From IMG/VR virus record IMGVR_UViG_3300028007_000002, positions 1-61,501 of that record: 61,501 nt of DNA; one strand, written 5' to 3'. This stretch comes from a virus. Its lineage: Duplodnaviria > Caudoviricetes. Below the pieces are notes generated by a model, which searched no databases, was not told the origin of the DNA, and saw only the letters and a list, made by a program, of their open reading frames with translations. This document shows, piece after piece, positions 17,650 through 28,200 of this stretch; position 1 is the stretch's first letter, and each line of letters starts with the position of its first letter. The position numbers were made by a program, and so were the translations under genes.

Positions 17650-17696
17650 AGGCCGGAGCCCGAGAGGCCGGAGCCCAGATTCAAGGAGTCTGAGCG
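17650..17696 (+). promoter_or_regulatory. tandem motif plus RBS-occluding hairpin (site 3)
   Basis: AGGCCGGAGCCC and GAGAGGCCGGAGCCC; stem CAGATTC/GAGTCTG over AAGGAG. Confidence 0.75.
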
Positions 17697-18098
17697 ATGC
17701 CTTTCGCGCACGGTTCACGAGCCAACTTCCGGTTGCACAACGGTTCGACCCTCACGGATCTCTCGACCTACATCACTAGCGTGGGCTGGTCACCGGAGCA
17801 GGAGACAGCCGAGACCTCGACCCTCGGCGTGACCAGCAAGACCTACATCCCCGGTCTGCGGGACGCGACCATCAGTATTGAGGGCAAGTTCGATCCAGCG
17901 GCTGACGCCGTAATCGAAGCGGCGTGGGGCAACCTGCGGGCGTTCCAGTATCAGCCGGCCGGCCCCGGCACCGGCAACGTGCAGTTCTCGGGCTCGGTCA
18001 TCCTGACCAGCTACGAGGTCAGCGCCGATATGGGCGATGCGGGCAGTTTCAGCGCCGAGTTTCAGGTGACCGGTGCCTATACCCGGACGGTTCTCTAA
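17697..18098 (+). CDS. major tail tube protein
   Basis: ETAETSTLG...KTYIPGLRDATISIEG...FSAEFQVTG; precedes chaperone and tape measure. Confidence 0.85.
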   Translation: MPFAHGSRANFRLHNGSTLTDLSTYITSVGWSPEQETAETSTLGVTSKTYIPGLRDATISIEGKFDPAADAVIEAAWGNLRAFQYQPAGPGTGNVQFSGSVILTSYEVSADMGDAGSFSAEFQVTGAYTRTVL

Positions 18099-18125
18099 TC
18101 CCTGACGCGATCCCACACCTGGCCC

Positions 18126-18153
18126 GAGGCCGGAGCCTATGAGGCCGGAACCC
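18126..18153 (+). promoter_or_regulatory. tandem motif (site 4, tail chaperone leader)
   Basis: GAGGCCGGAGCC and GAGGCCGGAACCC; downstream hairpin weak. Confidence 0.6.
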
Positions 18154-18170
18154 TACAGGTGAAGAACGAC

Positions 18171-18539
18171 ATGACGACCGAAAAGACCGAGTCCCGCGTG
18201 CTAACCCTCGATGAGATCCTGCATGCCGGCGATCTGGAGACGCTGACCGTGCCCGTCCCCGAATGGGATGGCGCGGTGGTGATCCAGTCGATGACCAAGG
18301 CGGTCCAGCAGGATCTCCGACGGAAGGCCATGAACGGCAAGGATCTCGACAACGATCGCTTCGAGATGCTGCTTTTCATCCAGTCGGTGATTGAGCCGAC
18401 CATGGGCGAGGAGCACTACGAGGCGTTGCGGCAGAAAAGCGCGACGGCGATCGATCGGGTGAACAAGGCGATCCTCAATCTGAACGGGATATCGCCGGAG
18501 GCTCAGAAGGAGGCGGACCGCTCCTTTCGCGACGAATAG
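18171..18539 (+). CDS. tail assembly chaperone (gpG-like); alternative start GTG 18159
   Basis: LTLDEIL...VPVPEWDGAVVIQ; between tail tube and tape measure. Confidence 0.8.
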   Translation: MTTEKTESRVLTLDEILHAGDLETLTVPVPEWDGAVVIQSMTKAVQQDLRRKAMNGKDLDNDRFEMLLFIQSVIEPTMGEEHYEALRQKSATAIDRVNKAILNLNGISPEAQKEADRSFRDE

Positions 18540-18708
18540 CGAGCAGCGCTTTCTCTACCGCCTGGCGCGCGACCTCAAGACGACGGTCGCGGAGTTGGAG
18601 CGGCGGATGACGGTCCGCGAGTTCAACCGCTGGCTGGCGTTCTACAACCACGAGGCCCGCGAAGAGAAAAAGGCGGCCGAACGGGCCAAGCGCCGTCGCG
18701 GGCGATAA
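18526..18708 (+). CDS. gpT-like C-terminal extension of the chaperone, in the +1 frame
   Basis: FLYRLARDLKTTVAELERRMTVREFNRWLAFY; no start codon upstream of this conserved block; TCC TTT CGC at 18522-18530. Confidence 0.65.
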   Translation, partial: FATNSEQRFLYRLARDLKTTVAELERRMTVREFNRWLAFYNHEAREEKKAAERAKRRRGR

Positions 18709-18714
18709 CCCCCC

Positions 18715-18766
18715 GAGAGGCCGGAGCCCGAGAGGCCGGAGCCCACTTCGTTTGGAGTGGGCTTTT
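18715..18766 (+). promoter_or_regulatory. tandem motif plus RBS-occluding, terminator-like hairpin (site 5, tape measure)
   Basis: GAGAGGCCGGAGCCC x2; AGCCCACTTC-GTTT-GGAGTGGGCT followed by TTT. Confidence 0.75.
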
Positions 18767-18769
18767 CCT

Positions 18770-21700
18770 TTGTCCGAAATCGCCAAACTCTTCGTAAAAA
18801 TCGGCGCCGACGTCAAGGACGCAATGTCCGGCTTCGACGCCGTTCACAGCCGAATTGAGTCATTCGGCAAGTCGGCGGCGACGACCGGCGCGGTCATGAC
18901 GGCCGGCCTGACCGTGCCGTTGCTGGGCACGGCGAAGGCGGTTGGTGACGTCGGGATTTCTTTCGAGTCGGCTTTCGCTGGCGTACGGAAGACGATCGAT
19001 GCGACTGAGGAAGAGTTCGCCCAACTGCGGACCGGGATCCGCGACATGGCCAAAGAGATCCCGACGGCCCGGGAGGAGATCGCCGGCGTGGCCGAGGCAG
19101 CCGGGCAGCTCGGCATCGCGAAGGAAAGCGTTCTCGGTTTCACCCGCACGATGGTGGACTTGGGCGTCGCGACAAATCTGACCGCCCGGGAAGCGGCCAC
19201 CGATCTGGCGCGGTTCGCCAACATCACTCGGATGCCCCAGACCGAGTTCCAAAACCTCGGCTCGACGATTGTGGCGCTCGGAAATAACTTCGCGACGACC
19301 GAGCGCGAGATCGTGGCGATGGGCATGCGCATCGCCGGCGCTGGATCAACGGTCGGGATGACGCAGTCCCAGATTATGGGCTTCGCGACGGCCCTGTCGA
19401 GCGTGGGCATCGAGGCAGAAGCCGGCGGCACGGCGATCTCGCGGGTGTTCGTGGACATCGCCAATGAGGTGGCCTCGGGCGGCAAAAAGCTGACGGAATT
19501 CGCCAAGGTCGCTGGCATGTCCGCGTCTGAGTTCTCGGATCGGTTTAAGACCGACGCCGCCGGCGCCGTGACGGCTTTCATCGGCGGGCTGGGGAGGATT
19601 CGGGACAGCGGTGAGAACGTCTTCGCGGTCTTGGAGAAGCTCGACATGAGCGACATCCGGGTTCGCGACGCGCTGCTCCGATCGGCCGGTGCGGGGGATC
19701 TGCTCGGTGACGCAATCGCCTTGGCAAGCAAGGCCTGGGATGAGAACAACGCGCTGACCAAAGAGGCCGAGCAGCGGTACGCGACGGTGGAGTCGATGCT
19801 CCAGATCGCCAAGAACAAGTTCACGGATCTGGGCATCACGATCTTCGATCGGGTGCGGCCGGCGTTGGTCTCGGCTCTCGGGATTGTCGAGGGAGTCACC
19901 GGCGGACTCAAGGGACTCATCGATCGGTTGGCCGAGGCTGATCCGCGACTTCTCGCGGCCGGCGCTGCCTTCCTCGGCGTATTGGCTGCGGCCGGCCCGG
20001 TGATCGGCATCGTGGGCGCACTGGCGACTGGATTGGCATTCTTGATGACTCCGATCGGGCTGATTGTGGCCGGGGTGGCGCTGCTTGCCGCCGCCTTTGC
20101 CGCAGATTTCCTGGGCATCCGGACAACGGTCCTCGGCTTCGTGGCAGCCGTGCAGCCGATCCTCTCCGCGTTCCTGGCTTTTCTCTCGACAGGCAGCTTC
20201 AGTTCCCTCGCCGACTTCAGCGCCGCTATCACCAAGGCGTTCGGCCCGGATGCGGTGGCTCTTGCGTTCGGCTTCGCCACCCAGGTTCAAGCAGCTCTCG
20301 AGAAGGTGAAGGCGATCGCCGCCGGCTTTGCCTCCGGCGGATTAGCCGGCGGAGCGACGAGCATCCTGTCTCAGATCTTTGGGATGGACGAGGATGCCGC
20401 GACCGGACTCATCCAGCGCGTCACCGGTCTGATAGGCCGCGTGGTGTCCACCGCTCAAGAGGTGATCGGTGCGTTTGCGTCCGGCGGCCTGGCCGGCGGC
20501 GCCATGAAGATCGGTGAAATCCTGGGCCTGGACGAAGCCGAAATCGGCCGAATTGTGGGGCTGGTGAGTTTCGCTTTCGGCGAGATCGTCAGCTTCGCCC
20601 AGACCCACCTGCTGCCAGGCCTCATGAACGTCGGGTCGGCTATTCAGTCCAACGTGATCCCAGCCATCATCCAGATTGGCCAGTTCGTGGTGACCGAGGT
20701 CATACCACGATTGGCGGAGCTGGAGGCGATGATCGCCTCCCGAGTCGTCCCCATTTTGACCCAGTTGGCGGGGTTCCTGATCGGGAACGTCGTCCCGGCT
20801 ATCCAGCAACTCGCGGCGAATTTCCAGAAGTTCGTGGGAGAGATTCTCCCACTAATCGGGCCAGCCATGGACGGTCTGATGAATAACATCGCGACTGTTT
20901 TGGCGGCTATCAGTGCCTTCTGGCAGGAACACTGGACTTCGATCCAGCGGGTGTTGCAGTCCACCTGGGACGTGCTCAAGAGCGTGGTCGAAGTGGGGCT
21001 GACGCTGATCTCGGGGTTAATCAAGACCATCTTGCGTGTGATCGCCGGGGATTGGGAAGGCGCTTGGGACGAGCTGAAAGCCACTCTGGAGAAAACCTGG
21101 CAGGTGATGCAATCGAACCTGGAGACATCTCTGATCCGGTTTGGGGCACTGATCATCGAGGGCCTCAAAACGCTGGAGTCCAAAGGCCGGGAGGCTGCTC
21201 AAGCGATCGGTCGGGCCATCGTGGACGGCATCACCGGGGCGCTCAATGCCGGATGGAGCAAGATCCAGGAGGCGGCCAGCGGGCTGGCGGACGCGATCCC
21301 CTCGACCGTTAAGAGCATTCTCGGGATCCGCTCACCGTCTCGGGTCATGTCCGAGCACGGGACCCAAGTGGTGGCCGGCCTGGCCCAGGGCATTACATCG
21401 AAGAAGGATCTGGTCAACGCGGCCACCAAGTCTCTCTCAATGGGTCTGATCGAAGAGTCGCAGAAACTGCTTCGGATGACCGAAGACATCGGCAAGCAGA
21501 TGCCGGTCCGGATCGCGGCCGGCATCCGGGCCGCCGAGAAAAAGTCCATCTACGCGGTAGAGAGTTTTGGTGACCGGCTCAATCGGTCATTCCACGATGA
21601 CAATCTGAGCTTCAAAGACGTGCTCTCGGAGCACTACGGCGTGCCCTATCTTGAGTCGATCTTTCAGGCCGGCCAAACGGAACTAAACCGCGTCTACGCC

Positions 21701-21859
21701 GAGGAAGCGAAGGCACGCGAAGAGCAAGCCATCACCGACGCCAAGATCATCAGCCTGTTGGAATACATCGCCGAGAAGGAAACCCGGCTGAACCGGAGCG
21801 ACCTGGCAGAACTCGGCAAGGTGGCCGCCAACGCTATCCGTGTCAAGGAGATGCGCTAA
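18770..21859 (+). CDS. tail tape measure protein (TP901-like core); probable TTG start
   Basis: FESAFAGVRKT, AEAAGQLGI, LGNNFATTE, EAGGTAISR, LGIRSPSRV; about 1030 aa, Ala/Gly-rich. Confidence 0.95.
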   Translation: MSEIAKLFVKIGADVKDAMSGFDAVHSRIESFGKSAATTGAVMTAGLTVPLLGTAKAVGDVGISFESAFAGVRKTIDATEEEFAQLRTGIRDMAKEIPTAREEIAGVAEAAGQLGIAKESVLGFTRTMVDLGVATNLTAREAATDLARFANITRMPQTEFQNLGSTIVALGNNFATTEREIVAMGMRIAGAGSTVGMTQSQIMGFATALSSVGIEAEAGGTAISRVFVDIANEVASGGKKLTEFAKVAGMSASEFSDRFKTDAAGAVTAFIGGLGRIRDSGENVFAVLEKLDMSDIRVRDALLRSAGAGDLLGDAIALASKAWDENNALTKEAEQRYATVESMLQIAKNKFTDLGITIFDRVRPALVSALGIVEGVTGGLKGLIDRLAEADPRLLAAGAAFLGVLAAAGPVIGIVGALATGLAFLMTPIGLIVAGVALLAAAFAADFLGIRTTVLGFVAAVQPILSAFLAFLSTGSFSSLADFSAAITKAFGPDAVALAFGFATQVQAALEKVKAIAAGFASGGLAGGATSILSQIFGMDEDAATGLIQRVTGLIGRVVSTAQEVIGAFASGGLAGGAMKIGEILGLDEAEIGRIVGLVSFAFGEIVSFAQTHLLPGLMNVGSAIQSNVIPAIIQIGQFVVTEVIPRLAELEAMIASRVVPILTQLAGFLIGNVVPAIQQLAANFQKFVGEILPLIGPAMDGLMNNIATVLAAISAFWQEHWTSIQRVLQSTWDVLKSVVEVGLTLISGLIKTILRVIAGDWEGAWDELKATLEKTWQVMQSNLETSLIRFGALIIEGLKTLESKGREAAQAIGRAIVDGITGALNAGWSKIQEAASGLADAIPSTVKSILGIRSPSRVMSEHGTQVVAGLAQGITSKKDLVNAATKSLSMGLIEESQKLLRMTEDIGKQMPVRIAAGIRAAEKKSIYAVESFGDRLNRSFHDDNLSFKDVLSEHYGVPYLESIFQAGQTELNRVYAEEAKAREEQAITDAKIISLLEYIAEKETRLNRSDLAELGKVAANAIRVKEMR

Positions 21860-22269
21860 TGGCCTTCTATGCGTTTCGCCTCGGAACCGCTAATCCCCTC
21901 ACTTCAGCCGATGACCTGCCGGGCGTGAGTCCCGACGATGTGACCAATGAGTACACGCTCATTGGCAAGCAGCGCGAGTTGGCCGAGGGGACGCTGGTTG
22001 AGGACATCATTGCCTATCGAGCAACCTACAGTTTTCAATTGCGCTCTTTGACCCACGCTCAGCGTGAACGGCTGGAAGTGCTGCGGCGGACAGCCGGCAC
22101 AGTGCGCCTCCGGGATGAGCGCGGTTTAGAGTACCCGGTCCGGTTCATCACACCCGTCACATTCACGACGATCCCTGTTAGCGTTGAGGACCCTCAGGAG
22201 GCCGGCCGGTACTTCCGGTACAACGCTGCGTTTGCCGTCCAGGTCGTCACGGCCGCGGGATCGTTCTAA
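21859..22269 (+). CDS. minor tail protein (distal tail-like)
   Basis: Directly after tape measure; TAATG coupling. Confidence 0.6.
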   Translation: MAFYAFRLGTANPLTSADDLPGVSPDDVTNEYTLIGKQRELAEGTLVEDIIAYRATYSFQLRSLTHAQRERLEVLRRTAGTVRLRDERGLEYPVRFITPVTFTTIPVSVEDPQEAGRYFRYNAAFAVQVVTAAGSF

Positions 22270-23792
22270 TGGCCCGGCCACCTATCGATACCAGCAACAA
22301 CACCAGCCGCCGACCGGTCAAAAAGATCGAGATTGCTTGGGACGGCGTCACCTACGTTGACGAGTCAGCCCGGGTTATCAGCATCGCCGGCGTCAGTGAA
22401 ATCACGGCGCCGGATGCCGGGCTCTCGGCGGTGGGCGCGTCGATCGCTGACGCTTGCACCGTCATCCTCAACAACACCGACCGGCGCTACGGCGCCAACA
22501 ATCCGTCCGCGGCGCTCTATTCACTCCTCAACCGGACCGCCAACCCGGCGAACGCCGGCGGCTACCTGCGCCCGATCCGAATCTCACTCGGGTTCGTGAA
22601 CTCGTCTGGCACGCCCCAGTACCTCCAGGTGTTCCAGGGCGTGATCGTGAAACCGGCCGAGCGCTGGGGAGAGCGGACCTATGAGCTGGAGTGTCTTGAT
22701 CGGTGGGTTCTCCTCCGGCGGAAGCGGGCCTCGACTGGGCTCCTCCTCAACCGCCGACCGGATGAGCTGATCCAAGAGGCACTCAACGCCAGCGCACTCG
22801 GCTATGCCAGCAGTCTGGAGCCGAGCGAGCGCATCATCGAATATGCCTGGCTCGATGACGATCCGATCGCGGATGAGCTTGTCCGCATCGTCACTGCGGA
22901 CGGTGGGCTGATCTGGTTTCGCTGGGACGGCACCCTGATGTACGCCTCAAGCTCCTGGCCGGCCCGTAATACGACATCGGTCTACACCTTCACCACGCAG
23001 CGCTTCGAGGCGCTTGAGCCCGAGTGGGACTTCGATCAGGTCTATGACCAGATCAGCGTCCGTTGTCAGCCGCTCTATCCCGGATTGCTGGAGACCATCT
23101 GGGAGTCGGGCGAGGAGATCGTGATCGAGCCGGGTGGTACGAGGGCGATCACCGCACAATGGCGCCAGCCGGCCTATGCCGTCGTTGACCCATTGGCCTA
23201 CTCGACCGATGAGGATGCGACCGACTGGATCGCTCGGACCAGCGCCAATCAGCCAATGGAGTCGGGCGGGGCGTCCCTCGTCACCGTTGCCCTCTCGAAC
23301 GTGAAGGCCCAGCGCTGCACCGTGATGTTGACCAACACGGACACCAGCCGACGGGCCTACATCGGCCGGCTACGCATCCGGGGCCAACTGCTGGTGCCCG
23401 GTCAGGAAATCCACGCGGCAGCAGGGAGCGGTGATCAGGTCCTCTCGATCGACAACGAGTACGTCCAGAACCGTGCTCACGCCCAAGCAATCGCGGATGC
23501 ACTCCGCCAGCGCTTCCGGCGACCGCGCCAGACAGTCCGCCTGTCTGGTGTGCCGGCTCAACCCCATCTGGAGGTGACCGACCGGGTGACCGTTACCGAG
23601 ACATCAACGGGCATCAACCGGGATTTTTTCATCGCCCGGAAGGCCTACCGTTTCAGTGCAGACGATGGTTACGTCGAGGATTACGACCTGGTCGATGTCG
23701 CAGACTTCACCGAGCACAGCAACTATTTCCGGATGGGCACGAGCGTTTACGGCGGGCCTGGCGTCAGCGGTGCCGGCCGAGTGTGGTACTGA
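22269..23792 (+). CDS. minor tail/baseplate hub-like protein
   Basis: LNNTDRRY, DGGLIWFRWDGTL, SIDNEYVQ, PHLEVTDRVTV; synteny. Confidence 0.7.
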   Translation: MARPPIDTSNNTSRRPVKKIEIAWDGVTYVDESARVISIAGVSEITAPDAGLSAVGASIADACTVILNNTDRRYGANNPSAALYSLLNRTANPANAGGYLRPIRISLGFVNSSGTPQYLQVFQGVIVKPAERWGERTYELECLDRWVLLRRKRASTGLLLNRRPDELIQEALNASALGYASSLEPSERIIEYAWLDDDPIADELVRIVTADGGLIWFRWDGTLMYASSSWPARNTTSVYTFTTQRFEALEPEWDFDQVYDQISVRCQPLYPGLLETIWESGEEIVIEPGGTRAITAQWRQPAYAVVDPLAYSTDEDATDWIARTSANQPMESGGASLVTVALSNVKAQRCTVMLTNTDTSRRAYIGRLRIRGQLLVPGQEIHAAAGSGDQVLSIDNEYVQNRAHAQAIADALRQRFRRPRQTVRLSGVPAQPHLEVTDRVTVTETSTGINRDFFIARKAYRFSADDGYVEDYDLVDVADFTEHSNYFRMGTSVYGGPGVSGAGRVWY

Positions 23793-25231
23793 TGGGCTGG
23801 CTGGCGCTCCCCACGATCCAGACGGGTCAGATCCTCTCGGCCGAACATTGCAACCGGATCGCCGCAAATCTGGACTACCTGCTGACACTTGAGGCGTACG
23901 GATCGCCGCTCTCCCGGGTCTGGCGCTACCAGGCCAGCAATTGGCTGCATTCCGGCGGCGCCGATCAAAACTACCAGATGGCCTGGCAGGGGTGGATCCG
24001 TTATTGGTCGCCGACGCTCTTCTGGCGCTACTACGTCTACCGAACCAGCGAGCAGTCGTGGGATGCGGGCTACCCCTCACCGGCGTACCAGACCACGAAT
24101 AGCTACTGCGCGACCGGATCGTCCTCCTACGTGAAGATCCAGATCGACACGACGGGCGCCGGCGGCTGGGTGGACCTGCTCGGGGAAACAACCTACACGA
24201 CTGAGGGACGGATCACGGGATCGGCCTATCTGGTTGGTCTCGCCCTGACGCAGGGGAATGTCTATGGAATCCGCGTGCTGGCCAAAAACGTCGGCCTTTT
24301 CACCGAAGCGATCTATCAGGGCGGCGGTGTGCTCGGCCGGACCTGGCAGACACTCCCGACGGTCACAGATGGCGCGGCGAGCACGGCGGCGCACTTTAAT
24401 GACCGCTGGCACAACAACCTTGAGTATCTCCGCGAGGGCCTCTCGGGGCCGTGGGCACCGACTGGCGGGATGCTGGAGGGCGAGGTCGTCGGAACCACCC
24501 ATCCAGCCTACCGTGCCTGGACACGGCGGGTTGGGGATTATCTGGCCTACCGGTTCGGTGCCCGGAATACCGATCTCGGTGGGGCCGCCAACACCTTCGC
24601 GCTCGAGGTGAACGGTCAATCGGTCGCCACTGTGACCACGGATGGGGGCAAGAGCGGTAGCACCTACAACCCCGATTACGTGATCGCCGAGGGTCTCGCC
24701 AACCTGAACGCACTCGCCACGCCACCCGCGAAGGGAGCGTGGTACGAAGTCACGCTCCGGCGCACCGTGAATCCGGGCGGCTCCGGCAACGGTGCGCGGC
24801 CGGCCGTGAACTACCTGTTCGAGGTGAACGGCGCACCCTCACTTACGGGCTGGACCACTCCAGCCACCTGGGGCCACGGTGACTATCCCGCCGGCCAGCC
24901 GGTTTCGGATCGGCTCAGGGTGTGGAATGACGACCTGACGACGCTCAAGAGTCGCGTGGACGGGGCGATCAGTTTCGCGGTGCGACAGCAGTCGGATCAG
25001 TATCTGTATCGCCGCGGCGACGTCCTGCTCTGGGACGGGACCAACGTTCAACTCTACTGGGCGGGCGGCCGGGCCGGCGCCCCGACGCAGGGCGGCAGTG
25101 TCTACCTCAACAACGGGCCAGGGAGTATCGACCTGCGGGCGCTCAGTCGCCTAACCTACGGCGGCTACTACTACCTGGCCGGGCCGCCAAATCAAGCCGC
25201 GACGATTCGGTACGGAATGGAGGTGCTGTAG
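23792..25231 (+). CDS. minor tail protein
   Basis: Repeated W..LPT...G...A...N...NL.YL units; TGATG coupling. Confidence 0.65.
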   Translation: MGWLALPTIQTGQILSAEHCNRIAANLDYLLTLEAYGSPLSRVWRYQASNWLHSGGADQNYQMAWQGWIRYWSPTLFWRYYVYRTSEQSWDAGYPSPAYQTTNSYCATGSSSYVKIQIDTTGAGGWVDLLGETTYTTEGRITGSAYLVGLALTQGNVYGIRVLAKNVGLFTEAIYQGGGVLGRTWQTLPTVTDGAASTAAHFNDRWHNNLEYLREGLSGPWAPTGGMLEGEVVGTTHPAYRAWTRRVGDYLAYRFGARNTDLGGAANTFALEVNGQSVATVTTDGGKSGSTYNPDYVIAEGLANLNALATPPAKGAWYEVTLRRTVNPGGSGNGARPAVNYLFEVNGAPSLTGWTTPATWGHGDYPAGQPVSDRLRVWNDDLTTLKSRVDGAISFAVRQQSDQYLYRRGDVLLWDGTNVQLYWAGGRAGAPTQGGSVYLNNGPGSIDLRALSRLTYGGYYYLAGPPNQAATIRYGMEVL

Positions 25232-28200
25232 TGGCGAAGGCCGATCGGCTCCGGCGGATTGAGTTCACACACGCGACGGGACGCGGAACCGCGGCCGGCG
25301 GCGCTGTGCCGGCCTTGGTGTCCACGGTCGCCGGATCCACGGACGCCGAGACAGTCAACGGATTCCGGGCCAGTGGTACGCCCCAGCCGAACACCCTGTT
25401 GGCCCTGGGGCCGGATGCCAAGTTCCCAGCCAGTGTCCTCCCGGATGCCACCAGCAGCACGCCCCAGAATTTCCCGGGGGGGCTCCGCACGGCGTTCATG
25501 GAGGTATTTCGCGCCGAATACGGTGCTGGTGGATCCCCCTGGATCAACGCCATCGACAACTGGCGCGGGGGCGGCGCCAAGACCGGAATCCGCTATGAGG
25601 TGCTCGGGACCGCCGGCACCGATTTCGCGCTCAACTCGGCCCTGATGGAACTTTGGGTCAACGGTGCGAGCCGGTTCAAGGTGCAGCAGGACGGTGCAGT
25701 CAGCGCTGTGAGCTTTAATGGCCTGACCGGGCTGGCGTCTGCAGTCACGACGCAGGCCATCGGGGACGCGGCGGTCACCGGCACCTCGACGCTGACGGCG
25801 CGGCAGGACCACCGGCACGCGATGCCCGGATTCGGCTCCCCGGCGGCACTCGCCATCGGATCTGCCAGCAGCAACGGCACGGCGACCACGCTGCCCCGCT
25901 CGGATCACGTCCACGCGATGCCGGCGTTTGCCACCCCGACAGTCACCCTCGGCACGGCAGCGGCGGCCGGCACGGCGACCACGCTGCTCCGGAGTGACGC
26001 GACCATCGTGGCGTTTGACGGCACGGCGCCGACGACCATCACGCCCAACGCGGCGGCGGCCACTGGATCGGTGGCGTTCGCGGCCCGCCGTGATCATACT
26101 CACGCCATTGCGACGGCCGCACCGGGTGCCAACAGCGTGAGCTTGGCCGCCTCGACCGAGGGGACCGGCAACAATTTCGCCCGCGCCGCCCACACGCATC
26201 AGCTTGATGTGAGCATTGCCCCGACCTGGACGGGCCTGCACACCTGGAGTCAGGTGGCCACGTTCAACAATCGCCTGGATATTTCGGGGGCGAACCCCCT
26301 CCGGTTGGGTGGGGATTGGTCGCTGAACCGGAGCGCCGCGAATGTGGCAGTCTTGGGGACCGGGAACGCCCTCCAAAGCACGACGTTCGTGACCGGCTTT
26401 GAGGGGAAAGGCTGGTCAATCGACGCGAACGGGCGGGCCGAGTTTCAGGACGCCTATATCCGAGGTAGCCTCTACGCGACGACCTTCACCTACAAGGAGA
26501 TCAACGCGCTCAACGGCTATTTTATGGTCACGAACGTCAGTCCCTTGGCGGACGATCTCACCGCTGGCCAGACGACGATTGATATCGAGGACCCCGTCCT
26601 CCGAGGCAACACGACGGACGGCAACAGTTACGTCGTGTTGCAACTGCTCGGGGCCATTCCCACGTCCGGTGGCGGCCCGCTGGTGGTTCAGCGGGAGGAG
26701 ATGCGGATCACGTCCTACGTTGGGACAGTGACCGCGACCAACGGGAAGACGGGCTATCGCTATAACGTCAACCGTGCTCAGAACAACACGACCGCCTATG
26801 CTTGGAAGAAAAAGACGGCGGTCGTTGAGTGGGGCCGGATCGGCGGATCGGCTGCCAATAAAGGCGGCTGGGTGACGCTGGTCGGCGGAAGCACGGACGT
26901 GGAGGGGCCCTACGTCCGGGTGAGTCACCGTTATGGAGACAATCCGACCGACTATCGGGTTCGTGTCCATTTCGGCCAGATGTTCGGCGTTCTCGGGGAG
27001 ACGCTGACCACGCGCTGGGGTTTTGCGGTCGGCAACGATCTCGGGGCTGGTGCGCCGGGCAGTGGCGCGACGTTTCTGGCCTATGACAACGCGAACGGCC
27101 TGAGGATCCAAAACGCGGACCTGAGCCTCTACAACGGGGCCGCTCAGACGGTCGGGATTCAGTCCTCCGGCCGAGCGCGGTTCGGCTCGAATATTGGGGC
27201 CGTGTCCACGACGGCGCTACTCGTCTCACCGGCCGGCGAGACCTACAACAGTGAGGCATTGGCGGCCGGCGCGCTCCTGCTCGGAGATAACTCGGCCGGC
27301 AAGCCGAACCTGCTGTGGGATCCGGTCACCGCCCGACTGCGCCTCCGACACGGCACGAGCGCGGGGGTGCAGGTCGGGGATCTGAACGGCGTTTACGGTT
27401 ATGCCGCTCAGACGTTCGGCGTCGGCGTCGGAACGGACGCCAATAGCAGCGCCAACCTGACGATCGATCCGACCAACGGCTTTCGGATCATTCGACGGGA
27501 CGGCGCCGGAGTCCGTACGTCGGTTGGGCAATGGGCGACTGACGGATCGATCACGGTCGGGCAGATCAAGGGCGGGCGCAGCCATGTTCTGATCACCGAT
27601 ACCGGGGATATCAAGCTGCGGACATCGGTCACCGACACAACCCACCGAGATCGGATCAGCCTGTCCGCTGCCGGCGTGCTGACCATCAACAACAGCGCGG
27701 CCAACGCGGTCTTCACCTTCGATTCCTCAAGCGGGGCCGAGTTCACCCTGCCGCTGACCCTCGGCTCCGGCGGTGGCATCTATCAGGGGACCGGCAGTTT
27801 CGCCTCACCGACCACGGGCCTGAAGGTCTGGAATGACGCTGGAGTTGGGCGGATCGCCGGTTTCAACGAAGGCACGATCCAATGGACGGCCGATACGGAC
27901 GGGAAGTTGAAGGCCGGCGCCGGTGCTGTGACGCTGGATAGCACCGGCATTCTGATGGCGTCATCAAGTGGCGTCGCAAACACGCTGGGGTTTGGTTTAC
28001 GGTCGGACTCTAGCCTCGTCGGGCGCATCTGGGCATTTCGGTCCACACTATCTGCCACTGATGACGACCTATCAATTCGTCGAACTCGCCATGACAACGC
28101 GAACTATTACACCCAGATCACGATCCGCGAGGGAGTAGTTCGGCTGTGGGACAACGGCGCGGTCTTCAGGGATGCCCACATCCAATTGGCGAACACAGCG

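Noticed and set aside
16860-18744. GAGAGGCCGGAGCCC repeats as CRISPR repeats
   Set aside because: They are 13-15 nt, directly tandem without spacers, and tied to translation starts, so a cis-regulatory role fits better.
12020-18744. Boxes as CsrA/RsmA GGA sites
   Set aside because: The two capsid copies have CCGA and CAGA loops without GGA.
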